A DNA stretch of 64,000 nucleotides from a bacterium (GCA_963693055.1 OY843751.1:2560001-2624000), one strand, 5' to 3'. Counted from the stretch's first letter, positions 51,419-62,340 are shown. Made by a program: numbers and translations. The notes: generated from the sequence alone by a model not told the origin.

Positions 51419-53506
51419 TCATAAATTGAGCAATTGATCAAGATTGGTTGGTATTGTTACTGTAAAAGTAGTTCCCACATCTTGTTTGCTTTTTACAGAT
51501 ATGGTGCCTTTATGATCTTCAATGATCTGGTAGCAAATAGATAGGCCAAGACCTGTTCCTACCCCTACACCTTTGGTAGTAAAGCCTGGATTGAAAATTT
51601 GGTCAATTTGTTCCAAAGGTATACCTTTGCCGTTATCTGTAATTTCAACAATGATTTTATTATTTTTATGTTCTGTTTTTATTTTTATTTTACCCTTGCC
51701 GGATATTGCTTGTCTTGCATTTATTAACAGATTCAAAAAAACCTGATTTAATCTACCAGGATAGCAGGATATGATAGGTAATTTCCCAAATTCTTTGATA
51801 ATGGTAATATCATGTTTTATTTCATGGTGAATGATGACAAGCGTGTCCTCAATTCCATCATGGATATTTGCTTCTTTTAATTCAGCCTCATCCAGACGTG
51901 CAAAACTTCGTAACCGTTTTACAATATTGGTGACACGTGTTGTGCCTGATTCTATAACCCGATTCGCGTCATTAATGATGCTAAGAGATTTAAAGATCTG
52001 AGAATTGTTTTCCAGTATTTCAGGATAGTTTTCAGACAACTCGTTTTGGAGCTTTGAAACCGCCCTAACCAGCGTATTATGCATACTGTTAATTGCACCC
52101 ACAGGAGTATTTATTTCATGGGCAATGCCGGCAACTAACATTCCCAATGCACCCATTTTTTCTGATTGAACCAATTGGGCTTGGGTTTTGCGTAATTTCT
52201 GGTTTGCCTGTTCAAGATTGCTCATTACGGATTTAATTTCCGTAACATCATGGGCAATACCAATTCGTTCAATTAATTCACCATCAAAATTATAAATGCC
52301 CGTTGTGTGAGAGATAAACCATCGCCAGTTGCCGTCTTTATGGCGTAATCTGTAATTATGTTCTACATGTTTATCAAGATTCTTGTTGTCTTTGAATGTG
52401 ATATTGTCGTCAGGATGTATGAGGGATTCCATGGTTTTCCCAATATAATCTCTGACCCTGTGTCCGGTTATTTCCTGGAATTGAGGTGAAATGTAGGAAA
52501 AAGTATTGTCCGGTTTCATGGAGAATATAATATCCGTTGCATTTTCAACCAAACTCCGGAAACGTGTTTCAGAAACTTTGAGCGCTTCTTCAGCATTTCT
52601 TCTTGCATTAATATTATAAAGTGAAGCAATGTATACTTTTTCACCACCAATTTCATTTTTAACAATTGACAATATCATCCAGATAAATGAACCATTTTTA
52701 TGTTTTATCTGGAGTTCGTGGTTATAAAGATGCCCCTTTTCTTTCATTATGTTTTCAATAAATATTCTATCACAGTTTTCATGATAAAATTCTAATGTGT
52801 CTTTTTCTAATAGTTCTGATTCTGAAAATCCGGTTATATCAGATAATGGTTTGTTGATGTATAAAGTTTTTCCGTCATTTACCCTGCTGATAATATAGGG
52901 AATAGGAGATACTTCAACGATTGCTCTTAATTTATCATCAACCGTTTTTATGTCTGTAATGTCAACAAATAACCATGCTCTTCCCAGTGTTTGAGTGCTT
53001 TCCTTATTCATAACAGTAATGGATGAAAATGAAAGAAAACGCTGTGAAGGTTTAATAGTCATTAAAGAACGGCTGAAAAATTCTTTGTAATTCGAATCTT
53101 TTTTGTAGGCTTTGTCCGGATTTATTTCAAGCTGTTTGATTATTCTCCGAAATTCTTCTGGTTCTTTAAAGCATTTTTTTAACTTGGGCAACAGGTCCTG
53201 AAAGGGTTTTTGGGTAATTTCGTTATCCTTGAGATCAAAATATTCGGAAACCTGCTTATTAAACGATGTAACTATACCTAGCGGATTCACCATCAACATT
53301 GCACTGTTTGAACTGTCTAATACAGCTTGTAATTCATCTCTGCTTATAGACAATTCATTAAGCAAGGATTTTAATTGCTTGTTTTTTTCTTCAAGTTGTT
53401 CCTGAACCGACAATAATGCTACATTTGCATTAGCTAACTTGATTGCCGCTTTTTCAAGATCACGTTGGTTGTTTTTAGAGTTGGTATCGCTCTTCAATAT
53501 TGTCAT
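51419..53506 (-). CDS. Cytoplasmic PAS sensor histidine kinase (NtrB-like)
   Basis: QLVQSEKMGALG..VAGIAHEINTP, LNQVFLNL, FTTKGVGVGTGLGLS. Confidence 0.92.
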   Translation of the reverse strand: MTILKSDTNSKNNQRDLEKAAIKLANANVALLSVQEQLEEKNKQLKSLLNELSISRDELQAVLDSSNSAMLMVNPLGIVTSFNKQVSEYFDLKDNEITQKPFQDLLPKLKKCFKEPEEFRRIIKQLEINPDKAYKKDSNYKEFFSRSLMTIKPSQRFLSFSSITVMNKESTQTLGRAWLFVDITDIKTVDDKLRAIVEVSPIPYIISRVNDGKTLYINKPLSDITGFSESELLEKDTLEFYHENCDRIFIENIMKEKGHLYNHELQIKHKNGSFIWMILSIVKNEIGGEKVYIASLYNINARRNAEEALKVSETRFRSLVENATDIIFSMKPDNTFSYISPQFQEITGHRVRDYIGKTMESLIHPDDNITFKDNKNLDKHVEHNYRLRHKDGNWRWFISHTTGIYNFDGELIERIGIAHDVTEIKSVMSNLEQANQKLRKTQAQLVQSEKMGALGMLVAGIAHEINTPVGAINSMHNTLVRAVSKLQNELSENYPEILENNSQIFKSLSIINDANRVIESGTTRVTNIVKRLRSFARLDEAELKEANIHDGIEDTLVIIHHEIKHDITIIKEFGKLPIISCYPGRLNQVFLNLLINARQAISGKGKIKIKTEHKNNKIIVEITDNGKGIPLEQIDQIFNPGFTTKGVGVGTGLGLSICYQIIEDHKGTISVKSKQDVGTTFTVTIPTNLDQLLNL

Positions 53507-53582
53507 CCGTTTTAATGGTATGTGGTTTATTGAAATTACTCAATACTATAGAACGTAAACTTGACCATCAGGTTTCCTTTTT

Positions 53583-54557
53583 TTAGAACGAATCCAGATT
53601 ATAGGTAATTCCAAAAATTGGTTTGTTATCAATAATAGATATACCGGGTACAATGCGGGCATTTCTGCTTTCATGCATATAGATAATTGCTTTAGACACT
53701 GCAATACCATAAACAGCCCCCATAAAAACATCTGATGGCCAATGGGATTTATAATCGATACGTTGAAAACCAACTGTGGTTGCAATACCATATGCTATTG
53801 TAGAGAATGCCCAATGATCAACATGATGTGATAATACGGTTGCCAGTTGAAAGATGTTTGATGTATGTCCTGAAGGAAACGAGCGGTCTCCATCAAATTC
53901 AAAGAAATAGGGACCCTGTTCATCATTAGGTCTTGATCTGCCAATGATTCTGTGTAAAATTTGAACACGTGTGTTACCTTCAAAAATCATAGACTCTAAC
54001 AATTGAACCGAAGCCTCTTGTAAATGTTCTTTTTTCAAGAGATATCCTGCAAAGAAACCACCTATATAGTATGGGTGGGTATTACGGGTAAGTCCCGAGG
54101 GTTCGAAAAAATTACCCACTTGTAATACCTTTTTATACACCCGATCGTTATTATGTCTGTTCAAAAAATCATATATTTCCTGGTCTTTATAATACAATAA
54201 ACCAAAAGTAGCCAGTATGGAGCCTAGTTTAATTGCCGAGTTTTTATCAATTCGGGCAGGGGAGGTAAGAATATATTTATAATCATCATAAAGGAATTTG
54301 GTATTGTGTAGAATTAAATCCAGACTTGAATTGTAGCTTTGTACAACAGGATTTAAATTTTGTCTTGATGCTTGAAAAGTGGTATGTTGATTTTGTTGGA
54401 TTTGCAGGGTGTCAGTTTTAGTGTCGTTGGTTTTGAGTGTATTTTGTTCGTCTCCAATGTCACTAGTAGGAGAATAATGCTGTATAATATCACCTTTATT
54501 CTCAAAACCCAATGCTATTGAAAATCCGAATATAAAATATAAAAGTAAAATTTTCAT
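53583..54557 (-). CDS. PAP2-family phosphatase, exported/membrane
   Basis: GRSRP, SFPSGHT, RIDYKSHWPSDV. Confidence 0.88.
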   Translation of the reverse strand: MKILLLYFIFGFSIALGFENKGDIIQHYSPTSDIGDEQNTLKTNDTKTDTLQIQQNQHTTFQASRQNLNPVVQSYNSSLDLILHNTKFLYDDYKYILTSPARIDKNSAIKLGSILATFGLLYYKDQEIYDFLNRHNNDRVYKKVLQVGNFFEPSGLTRNTHPYYIGGFFAGYLLKKEHLQEASVQLLESMIFEGNTRVQILHRIIGRSRPNDEQGPYFFEFDGDRSFPSGHTSNIFQLATVLSHHVDHWAFSTIAYGIATTVGFQRIDYKSHWPSDVFMGAVYGIAVSKAIIYMHESRNARIVPGISIIDNKPIFGITYNLDSF

Positions 54558-54677
54558 AATAATTGATTTTTTACATGATATTGGATGAATTTGTGTTTTC
54601 TAATACAAGAATCCTAATATAAAAACAAGTATTGAATTTACAAACAATAATTGAAAAATGTTCACCATTGCTCTATT

Positions 54678-54693
54678 TGGCACAAAATTTGAA
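54678..54693 (+). promoter_or_regulatory. Possible sigma54 (-24/-12) promoter
   Basis: TGGCAC-N5-TTGAA about 60 bp upstream of 54750; the -12 element is imperfect (GA, not GC). Confidence 0.3.
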
Positions 54694-54749
54694 AAACAGA
54701 AAATGATTAATATATTTGCTTTCCATACTTATTATTTTGGAGGATATCT

Positions 54750-56717
54750 ATGTCTCTCGGTACTGATATAAAAATACTTTTGGTTGAAGATGCTGCGGTT
54801 ATGCGAAAAATGGAATTAAAGACATTAAAGTCGTTGGGCTTTGAAAATATTATTGAAGCCCCTGACGGTCAGGCCGCTCAAGATATCCTGGAAGCAGACA
54901 GTTCAATTCAACTTGTGATCAGTGACTGGAACATGCCCAATAAAAGTGGTTATGAACTTTTAATATGGGTGAGACAGCATGATACGTATAAAGATTTACC
55001 CTTTCTGATGGCAACAGGTCGTGGTGAGAAAAAAGAAATGGCCAAAGCAGATAGTGCCGGGGTTAGTAGCTTTATTTCAAAACCTTTTGATGCCAGTGAA
55101 TTGAGTGAAAAGATCCAGGAAGCCTTTGGTATGGGACAACCAGCCGAGAAAAAGATAAATCGGGTAATACAAACAGCTCCTTCCGGTAAAATATTGCTTC
55201 GTATTGGCCATATTCAAATAACTGACCATTTGGTTCTTGGTGTTCTTAAACATTTGATTAAAACAGGAGAATTAAAGCCCCAAACATTTGAATTGGATAC
55301 CCTTTGTTTGTCAAGTTGGAACCCTGTTGCAAAATCGCTTGAAAGCGGTGATATTGATGGCGCTTGTGTGCTTGCACCTATAGCTATGGATTTGTTTAGT
55401 TATGACGTGCCAATCCAATTAATTTTATTTGCTCACCGAAATGGAAGTATATTTGTACGTAACCGTAAGGGTGATGAATATAGAGAACCTTATGAAAATT
55501 TCTTTCGTGGTAAATCTTTTCTGTTGCCACACCTTATGTCTATACATAACATTCTTGCTCACATGTTTTTCAGCGGAATCGGTTTAAATGCAGGATTTGC
55601 AGGTGATGAAGGTGTAGATGTTAACTTTGAAGTTGTACCGCCTGTAAAAATGCCGGAAATTCTTGCCAATAATGAAAAAGCATGTGGTTACCTGGTTGCT
55701 GAACCTTTGGGTACAAAAGCGATTGCCAGTGGAATTGCAGAATTGCAGTTTATTTCAAGCGAATTGTGGGACAACCATCCTTGTTGCGTTGTTACAATGC
55801 AGCAAGATATTATTGACCAACATCCCGAAGTTGTTCAGGAATTTACCAATATGCTGGTTTACGCGGGCAAGTTGATTGAAGAAAAACCGGGAATTGCCGC
55901 TGAAATTGGTGTTGAATTTTTAGATCCTAACAAAGTTTTAGGCCTCAAACCCGCATTAATTAAAAATGTATTAACAGAACCCAAGGGTATTAAAACCGGT
56001 GATTTGTATCCATCCGTTGAAGATCTTGATCGTATTCAACATTACATGCACGATAATATTGGTTTAGGAAATATTATTGATCTGGATAAATTTGTAGATA
56101 TGCGTTTTGCTGATGTTGCCTGCAAAGATACTGATGTTAATAAACGTTCATCTGTAGTTAGGTCTGAAGATAAAGTTCAGGATATTCTTGTTAGAGATAG
56201 CGGATATCAGGCAGTTCAGTCTGAAAAATCAATGATCAATTTAGAAGGAAAATATTTATCTTTTTCAATGGGCAAGGAAGAATATGGAATTGATATTTTA
56301 AAAATCAAAGAAATTATTAAAATGCAAAATATCCGTTCCATTCCCAATTTACCACCGCATATCAAAGGCGTTATTAATTTACGTGGTAGTGTAATACCGG
56401 TAATTGATCTGCGTCTTCGTTTTGGAATGACACCCATGGATTATGATGAACGCACTGTAATTATTGTTTTGGAAATATACTACCAGGGTCGAACTGTAAT
56501 GATGGGGGTAGCAGTTGATTCTGTTTCCGAAGTTTCTGACATACACGTTGCAGATATAGATGAAACGCCATCATTTGGTGTGAATACGCAAACAGACTAC
56601 ATTCTGGCAATTGCAAAACTCAAGGGCCATGTTAAAATCCTTTTGGATATTGACAAAGTTTTAACCCGCAATGAAGCAGAGATAGTAACCGAGATGTTTC
56701 AAGACGCAGCTCAATAA
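54750..56717 (+). CDS. CheY-like REC + CmpA/NrtA-type binding domain + CheW fusion
   Basis: ISDWNMP..KPF; GHIQITDHL, LAPIAMDL, VAEP, HPCC; YGIDILKIKEII, GVINLRG, VDSVSEV. Confidence 0.85.
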   Translation: MSLGTDIKILLVEDAAVMRKMELKTLKSLGFENIIEAPDGQAAQDILEADSSIQLVISDWNMPNKSGYELLIWVRQHDTYKDLPFLMATGRGEKKEMAKADSAGVSSFISKPFDASELSEKIQEAFGMGQPAEKKINRVIQTAPSGKILLRIGHIQITDHLVLGVLKHLIKTGELKPQTFELDTLCLSSWNPVAKSLESGDIDGACVLAPIAMDLFSYDVPIQLILFAHRNGSIFVRNRKGDEYREPYENFFRGKSFLLPHLMSIHNILAHMFFSGIGLNAGFAGDEGVDVNFEVVPPVKMPEILANNEKACGYLVAEPLGTKAIASGIAELQFISSELWDNHPCCVVTMQQDIIDQHPEVVQEFTNMLVYAGKLIEEKPGIAAEIGVEFLDPNKVLGLKPALIKNVLTEPKGIKTGDLYPSVEDLDRIQHYMHDNIGLGNIIDLDKFVDMRFADVACKDTDVNKRSSVVRSEDKVQDILVRDSGYQAVQSEKSMINLEGKYLSFSMGKEEYGIDILKIKEIIKMQNIRSIPNLPPHIKGVINLRGSVIPVIDLRLRFGMTPMDYDERTVIIVLEIYYQGRTVMMGVAVDSVSEVSDIHVADIDETPSFGVNTQTDYILAIAKLKGHVKILLDIDKVLTRNEAEIVTEMFQDAAQ

Positions 56718-56733
56718 AAAAAAGGAGCTGCAC

Positions 56734-57606
56734 ATGAATAAACAATTACGAGCGCTGTACAGGGATATGATAATCGCCATGGGAGTGGAGGGTTTGACTA
56801 TCCCTGTCACAGCAGTGAAATTTTTTAAAAATGGGGATACCATCCCTGATAAAATTATGGATTATCATCCCGATGATTTGACAGTCACCAGTTGCCAGGC
56901 TACCAAGCAGGCATCCTTGGGTGATGCTGTTTGTTTGACTCGTGATAACATTGGCTGTATTGCAGCTGCAATAACCTTTGGGCTTGTTGATCAGTATGAT
57001 GACAAACCCCTGGGTAAATCAAGAGTTTATACTGATATTATGCGTCAACAGTCAGATGCTTTGAATGATTTTATACCACCTTCACCCAAAGATTTTACTT
57101 CAGGCGTTGTATATGCATGCAAGGATTCCAATAACCCAGATTTCTGTTTGTTCGGCCATGACGACAGTGGAAGATTCAAGACTGTAGAGTTGGCCCAAAA
57201 TGCGATCAGTGAGATGATGGCTATTCAACCTGCAACAATGAACGCAGTCTTTTTTTGTTCACCTGAATTTGATGAAATAGAGCTTGAACCTGATATTATA
57301 GTATTATCGGTGAGACCTGTTGAACTGGCAAGAATTATACAGGCCTATCAATTTACAACAGGTAAGCGTGTTACTGCCAATATGGGTCCGGTACGTGTAG
57401 TCAATTCGGATCTGATTGTTCGTCCGTATTTAACGCAAGAGATGAATATTTCAACTTATTGTATAGGTGCACGTCTTATTGCCCAGTATGAAGCAGACAA
57501 GATGGGAATGGGTATCCCATATCACACTTTTAAATTAATTGCAGAATCAATGAATACCTCTAAAACAGGATATCCTTTTCACTTGTACCCAGGTGCTGAT
57601 GATTAA
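56734..57606 (+). CDS. DUF169 family protein
   Basis: VTAVKF, TSCQA, IGCIAA, YCIGAR, MGIP. Confidence 0.7.
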   Translation: MNKQLRALYRDMIIAMGVEGLTIPVTAVKFFKNGDTIPDKIMDYHPDDLTVTSCQATKQASLGDAVCLTRDNIGCIAAAITFGLVDQYDDKPLGKSRVYTDIMRQQSDALNDFIPPSPKDFTSGVVYACKDSNNPDFCLFGHDDSGRFKTVELAQNAISEMMAIQPATMNAVFFCSPEFDEIELEPDIIVLSVRPVELARIIQAYQFTTGKRVTANMGPVRVVNSDLIVRPYLTQEMNISTYCIGARLIAQYEADKMGMGIPYHTFKLIAESMNTSKTGYPFHLYPGADD

Positions 57607-57623
57607 GACGTTACGGAATTGCT

Positions 57624-59057
57624 ATGAATAACTATGTGAAAATTTTGATTCGTAGGATGGCCCATATAACGGGTACCGAACTTACACCTGAACATTACCG
57701 CGTTCTGGAATATACCTACGATTATTATAAAAAAAATCATGTGGGTCCCATGCATTATAACATTAAAAAGAATTTGGGATTCTCGCAATCTGATCTTCAA
57801 AAGATGTTTCCATTTGGTTTAAAATCTGTTTACACATGGGTAGATATACCTATCCAGACACCTGATCAATCATGTAAACCTTTTCCCGCAATTAAGGTTA
57901 AGAATTTTAGAGAAGTTTATCTTGACCATAATGCTACTACATATGTCAGATTAAAAATTGTTACTGCTCTTGAAAAATATTATTCCGGGAAAATGGGTTT
58001 TGGGAATCCTAGCAGCAGTACAGAGCCGGGAAAAGAATCTTATGAATATATTGAAACTGCACGGGCACAGATAGCCAGATGTCTGGATGTTTTACCACAG
58101 GAAATAATTTTTACAGGTAGTGGGTCAGAGGCCAATAATCTTGCTATCAAAGGTATTGCATTTCAACATCTTGAAAACAAGGGCCATTTTATTACATCTA
58201 AAATTGAACATTCCTCAGTACTTAAAACCATGCAGTTTTTGGAATCTATTGGATTTACTGTTACCTATCTGGATGTTGATGCTAAAGGGAAAATAAATTT
58301 AGAACAGCTTGAACAATCCATTACTGAAAAAACATTGCTTGTTTCTATTATGATGGCAAATAATGAAATTGGTACTATTAGCCCGGTTAATGAGATTTCT
58401 GAAATATGTCAACGATATAATGTACCTTTAATGATGGATAGCATACAGGCATTTGGTAGAATACCAATAAAACCTAAAAATCTTGGTATTTCTATGCTAT
58501 CGCTTTCAGGACACAAAATTTATGCTCCCAAAGGAGTTGCTGCTCTTTATGTTTCAAATGATATTCCGCTGATACCTGTTATCCACGGAGGCAGTCAGGA
58601 ATTTGGATTGCGCGCAGGTACAGAAAATGTTGGACATATCATGGCATTAGGAAAAGCTACTTTATTAATTTGTCGTGACATGGATACTGAGACGAATCGG
58701 CTTTTAGAGTTGCGGCAGTTTTTTCTGGACAGTCTTTACAATATAGAACCTGATCTTATCGTTAATGGTTCATTAAAGGATCGTTTACCTCATAATCTCA
58801 GTATTGGCTTTCCAGGTGTTGACAGTGGAGCATTACTTTTAGGCCTTAATCAAATCGGTGTTTATTCGTCTTCAGGATCTGCCTGCAGTTCCGGCAATGA
58901 AAGAAACTCTCATGTTCTAAATGCCATTGGCGTTGATCCTAAAAAATATGGTACTATTCGTTTCAGCATGGGATTAAGAACAACTCGTGAAGACCTTGAA
59001 TATGTGTTGACATTGTTACCCCAGATTTTAAAGCATCTCAAATCCAATCAATCATGA
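57624..59057 (+). CDS. iscS: Cysteine desulfurase (IscS/NifS) with N-terminal DsrC/TusE-like domain
   Basis: YLDHNATT, GNPSS, SGHKIYAPKG, SSGSACSS; N-terminal LTPEHYRVLEY..DYY....GP...LQKMFPFG. Confidence 0.85.
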   Translation: MNNYVKILIRRMAHITGTELTPEHYRVLEYTYDYYKKNHVGPMHYNIKKNLGFSQSDLQKMFPFGLKSVYTWVDIPIQTPDQSCKPFPAIKVKNFREVYLDHNATTYVRLKIVTALEKYYSGKMGFGNPSSSTEPGKESYEYIETARAQIARCLDVLPQEIIFTGSGSEANNLAIKGIAFQHLENKGHFITSKIEHSSVLKTMQFLESIGFTVTYLDVDAKGKINLEQLEQSITEKTLLVSIMMANNEIGTISPVNEISEICQRYNVPLMMDSIQAFGRIPIKPKNLGISMLSLSGHKIYAPKGVAALYVSNDIPLIPVIHGGSQEFGLRAGTENVGHIMALGKATLLICRDMDTETNRLLELRQFFLDSLYNIEPDLIVNGSLKDRLPHNLSIGFPGVDSGALLLGLNQIGVYSSSGSACSSGNERNSHVLNAIGVDPKKYGTIRFSMGLRTTREDLEYVLTLLPQILKHLKSNQS

Positions 59058-59118
59058 TAACTATATGTTTATAATATTTTTTTTTGTATATTGATTCATT
59101 AATATTTAAAACAAAATC

Positions 59119-59814
59119 TTGATGAATATTTTTGAATTTAAGAAATTAATTTTGTATATAGACAATCATTTACTGGTTGCAAATAAACCGGCGGGTTTAC
59201 TGGTACAGGGTGATCAAACCGGTGATTCAACATTGTTGGAACTGAGTAAAGTTTTTCTTAAACATGAATTTGATAAAAAAGGTAATGTCTACCTTGGTCT
59301 TGTTCAGCGGATTGATCGTCCGGTTTCTGGAATTGTTGTATTTGCCAGAACATCCAAAGCAGCGGGACGATTGAGTGAAGCCATACGTCAAAGACAATTC
59401 CGTAAAACATATGTAGCTTTGGTGCAAGGTGTACCTGATCAACAGGACAAGTTGATTGATTATCTTGATCGTAATGGTGTTACCAGTATTATTGTTGATT
59501 CAGATACTGGAAAAAAAGCCGAGTTGTCTTATAAAAGACTTGATAGCAAAAAAAATGTTTCTTTGCTTGAAATTGATCTGCATACAGGAAGACATCATCA
59601 AATCCGTGTCCAGTTTGCAAGTCGAGGATTTCCCATTTTAGGTGATTTTCGTTATGGTTCCAAAACTCGGTTTGGTAACAAGGCCTTGGCTTTACATGCG
59701 AGTCGTCTGACATTGCAGCACCCGGTTAGTAAGGAATGGTTGACATTTAACAGTTGTCCGGATATGTCTTATTGGCCAATTGATTCAGAATGTAAGGAGA
59801 TTATATTTAAATGA
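59119..59814 (+). CDS. RluA-family pseudouridine synthase
   Basis: NKPAGL, QRIDRPVSG, TGRHHQIRVQ, PILGDFRYG. Confidence 0.92.
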   Translation: MMNIFEFKKLILYIDNHLLVANKPAGLLVQGDQTGDSTLLELSKVFLKHEFDKKGNVYLGLVQRIDRPVSGIVVFARTSKAAGRLSEAIRQRQFRKTYVALVQGVPDQQDKLIDYLDRNGVTSIIVDSDTGKKAELSYKRLDSKKNVSLLEIDLHTGRHHQIRVQFASRGFPILGDFRYGSKTRFGNKALALHASRLTLQHPVSKEWLTFNSCPDMSYWPIDSECKEIIFK

Positions 59815-60824
59815 GTATATTGATTACAGGAGGGGCAGGTTATATTGGTAGTCACACCTGTCTCGAATTGTTAAATGCAAATAAAGATATTGTTGTAATA
59901 GACAATCTTGATAATAGTAAGCAAGAATCACTCGAGCGAGTGCAAAAGTTGACAGGTAAGCAATTAACATTTTATAAATATGATCTCTTGGACCTGGATG
60001 CAGTTGAGCGAATTTTTAAAAATCATGATATAACTGATGTTATACATTTTGCAGGCCTCAAAGCCGTAGGTGAATCAAACACAATTCCACTGCATTATTA
60101 TGACAATAATATTACCAGTACGCTCAATTTGTGTAAAGTGATGAAAAAGCACAAAGTCTTGAATTTGGTGTTTAGTTCTTCAGCAACAGTTTATGGTGAT
60201 CCGCACACTGTACCCATTCTTGAGGATTTTCCACTTGGACCAACAAATCCATATGGTAGAACAAAATACATGATTGAACTGATATTGCGTGATTTGTATG
60301 CATCTGATTCAAATTGGAATATTGCATTGTTGCGGTATTTTAATCCTGTAGGTGCACATAAAAGTGGACAAATAGGAGAGGACCCCAATGGAATTCCCAA
60401 CAATCTATTTCCTTATATTGCTCAGGTAGCTGTAGGAAAACTTGAAAAACTTGCTGTGTTTGGAGGAGATTATCCAACCCACGATGGTACCGGCGTAAGA
60501 GATTATATTCATGTTGTTGATCTTGCAATAGGTCATTTACGAGCTTTGGACCGGTTACAGGAAAATCCCGGACTTGTAACCTATAATTTAGGCACGGGAC
60601 AGGGATACAGCGTTTTGGATGTTGTAAAAGCATTTTCAAAAGCATCAGTAAAAGAAATTCCATATAAAATTACAGATAGACGCACGGGAGATGTTGCATC
60701 ATGTTATGCGGATCCTGCTCTTGCACAAAAAGAATTAAACTGGTGTGCTACTCAAACAATTGATGACATGTGTGCAGATAGTTGGCGCTGGCAATCTAAT
60801 AATCCTAATGGTTACGAATCATAA
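59811..60824 (+). CDS. galE: UDP-glucose 4-epimerase
   Basis: TGGAGYIGSH, HFAGLKAVGES, YGRTK, LRYFNPVGAH. Confidence 0.97.
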   Translation: MSILITGGAGYIGSHTCLELLNANKDIVVIDNLDNSKQESLERVQKLTGKQLTFYKYDLLDLDAVERIFKNHDITDVIHFAGLKAVGESNTIPLHYYDNNITSTLNLCKVMKKHKVLNLVFSSSATVYGDPHTVPILEDFPLGPTNPYGRTKYMIELILRDLYASDSNWNIALLRYFNPVGAHKSGQIGEDPNGIPNNLFPYIAQVAVGKLEKLAVFGGDYPTHDGTGVRDYIHVVDLAIGHLRALDRLQENPGLVTYNLGTGQGYSVLDVVKAFSKASVKEIPYKITDRRTGDVASCYADPALAQKELNWCATQTIDDMCADSWRWQSNNPNGYES

Positions 60825-60834
60825 GGAATTCAAT

Positions 60835-61179
60835 ATGAAAAAGATATTTGAAAAGGCTTTGTTAGATATAATCATTACGGTTGTAATTCTGTTAACGTTG
60901 TTTACAGGCCATGTTTTTATCCGATGGTTTTTGTATCTTTATACACCTGTAATATTAGCAGCCCGAATTATTGCACTTTTTAGTAAAAAAGTAAAAAGCA
61001 GCAAGGGTGTTAGTGATTGGATTTTTCATCTTTTATATGCTATTAATTTTACTGTATTGATTATAGACCGTTGGTGGGTGCTTGCTGGCATGTGGCTGTT
61101 AATCTGGATATTGGCATTTCTATTCTCACGTAAAAGATCTGTGCAACAACAGTCCGCTAAACGTATGCGTAAAAGATAA
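60835..61179 (+). CDS. Small membrane protein
   Basis: ATG after AAGGA; several hydrophobic segments. Confidence 0.65.
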   Translation: MKKIFEKALLDIIITVVILLTLFTGHVFIRWFLYLYTPVILAARIIALFSKKVKSSKGVSDWIFHLLYAINFTVLIIDRWWVLAGMWLLIWILAFLFSRKRSVQQQSAKRMRKR

Positions 61180-61203
61180 TTCAATCTCTACCGGTAATGC
61201 CGA

Positions 61204-62340
61204 ATGCAATCAGATAAGCCTTATATTGTTCTTGTGGGTCCAGTTAATCCCAAAACAGGGGGGATGGAAACGTATATCCGTGCGCTTTTGGATTCTCAAG
61301 AGGCTGAAGCTATTGATCTACAGCTATTTGATATTTCCAAGCCCTGGGTACGTAAAAAACAATCCCGTAAATATACGGGATATGCGGCATCTATACGACG
61401 AAATTTTTTGGTTTCCTTTACAAGCTATTTCCAATCGCTGAGTTTTCTTGTACGATTTACTTACCGTATATTCAAAAAAAAACCAGATCTGGTACACCTG
61501 CATACGGCATCATATACATCATTTTGGGAAAAAATATTTTATATTCATGTATGTAACTGGATGCGTGTTCCCGTAATATTGCATGTACATGGTGCCTTGT
61601 TTGATAATTTTTATTATAAACAAGCCTTGTTTGTGCGAAAATATATTCGACATATGTTGAATAAATGTGATCATATTTTGGTATTATCTCAGTATTGGTA
61701 TGACTTGTTGTCTCGTTTGACGGATCCTCGTAATGTTACCATCGTACCTAACGGTGTTGATACCTTAGTGTATTCTGAAATTGTTTACCCCAAATCCGAA
61801 ATCCCTTCCATGTTGTTTTTGGGCGAATTGTCTAAACGTAAAGGGATATTTGATTTATTAAAAGTGATTCAAGCCTTGGCTGTGGATTTTAAGGATTTTC
61901 TGGTATATATTGCAGGTCCGGGCGATACTTTGGAAATTAAAAAACTAGCACAAGATTACAATATTGAAAAACAGATATATTTGATGGGACCGGTCTTTGA
62001 TCGGGAAAAATTGCAATTGCTACAATCATCCTGGATTTTTATTTTACCATCATATGCAGAAGCCCAGCCCATGTCTATAATTGAGGCAATGGCTTCAGGT
62101 TCTGCCGTAATCAGTACCAAAGTAGGCGGCATACCTGAAATGGTCATTGAACCCGAAAATGGCTACCTCACCGATCCCGGGGATATTCAGCATTTAAAAA
62201 AAGTTGCCGAGTTGTTATTGAACCACAAGCAATTGTGTGAAAAAAAGGGGATAGCTAATATCAACAAGGCGAAAGAAATATTTGATATTAACATTAACAT
62301 GCAAAAGATATTAAATTGTTACTATTCGCTCTTATCCTAG
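61204..62340 (+). CDS. Glycosyltransferase family 4
   Basis: GGMETY, VPNGVD, LPSYAEAQPMSIIEAMASG. Confidence 0.9.
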   Translation: MQSDKPYIVLVGPVNPKTGGMETYIRALLDSQEAEAIDLQLFDISKPWVRKKQSRKYTGYAASIRRNFLVSFTSYFQSLSFLVRFTYRIFKKKPDLVHLHTASYTSFWEKIFYIHVCNWMRVPVILHVHGALFDNFYYKQALFVRKYIRHMLNKCDHILVLSQYWYDLLSRLTDPRNVTIVPNGVDTLVYSEIVYPKSEIPSMLFLGELSKRKGIFDLLKVIQALAVDFKDFLVYIAGPGDTLEIKKLAQDYNIEKQIYLMGPVFDREKLQLLQSSWIFILPSYAEAQPMSIIEAMASGSAVISTKVGGIPEMVIEPENGYLTDPGDIQHLKKVAELLLNHKQLCEKKGIANINKAKEIFDININMQKILNCYYSLLS

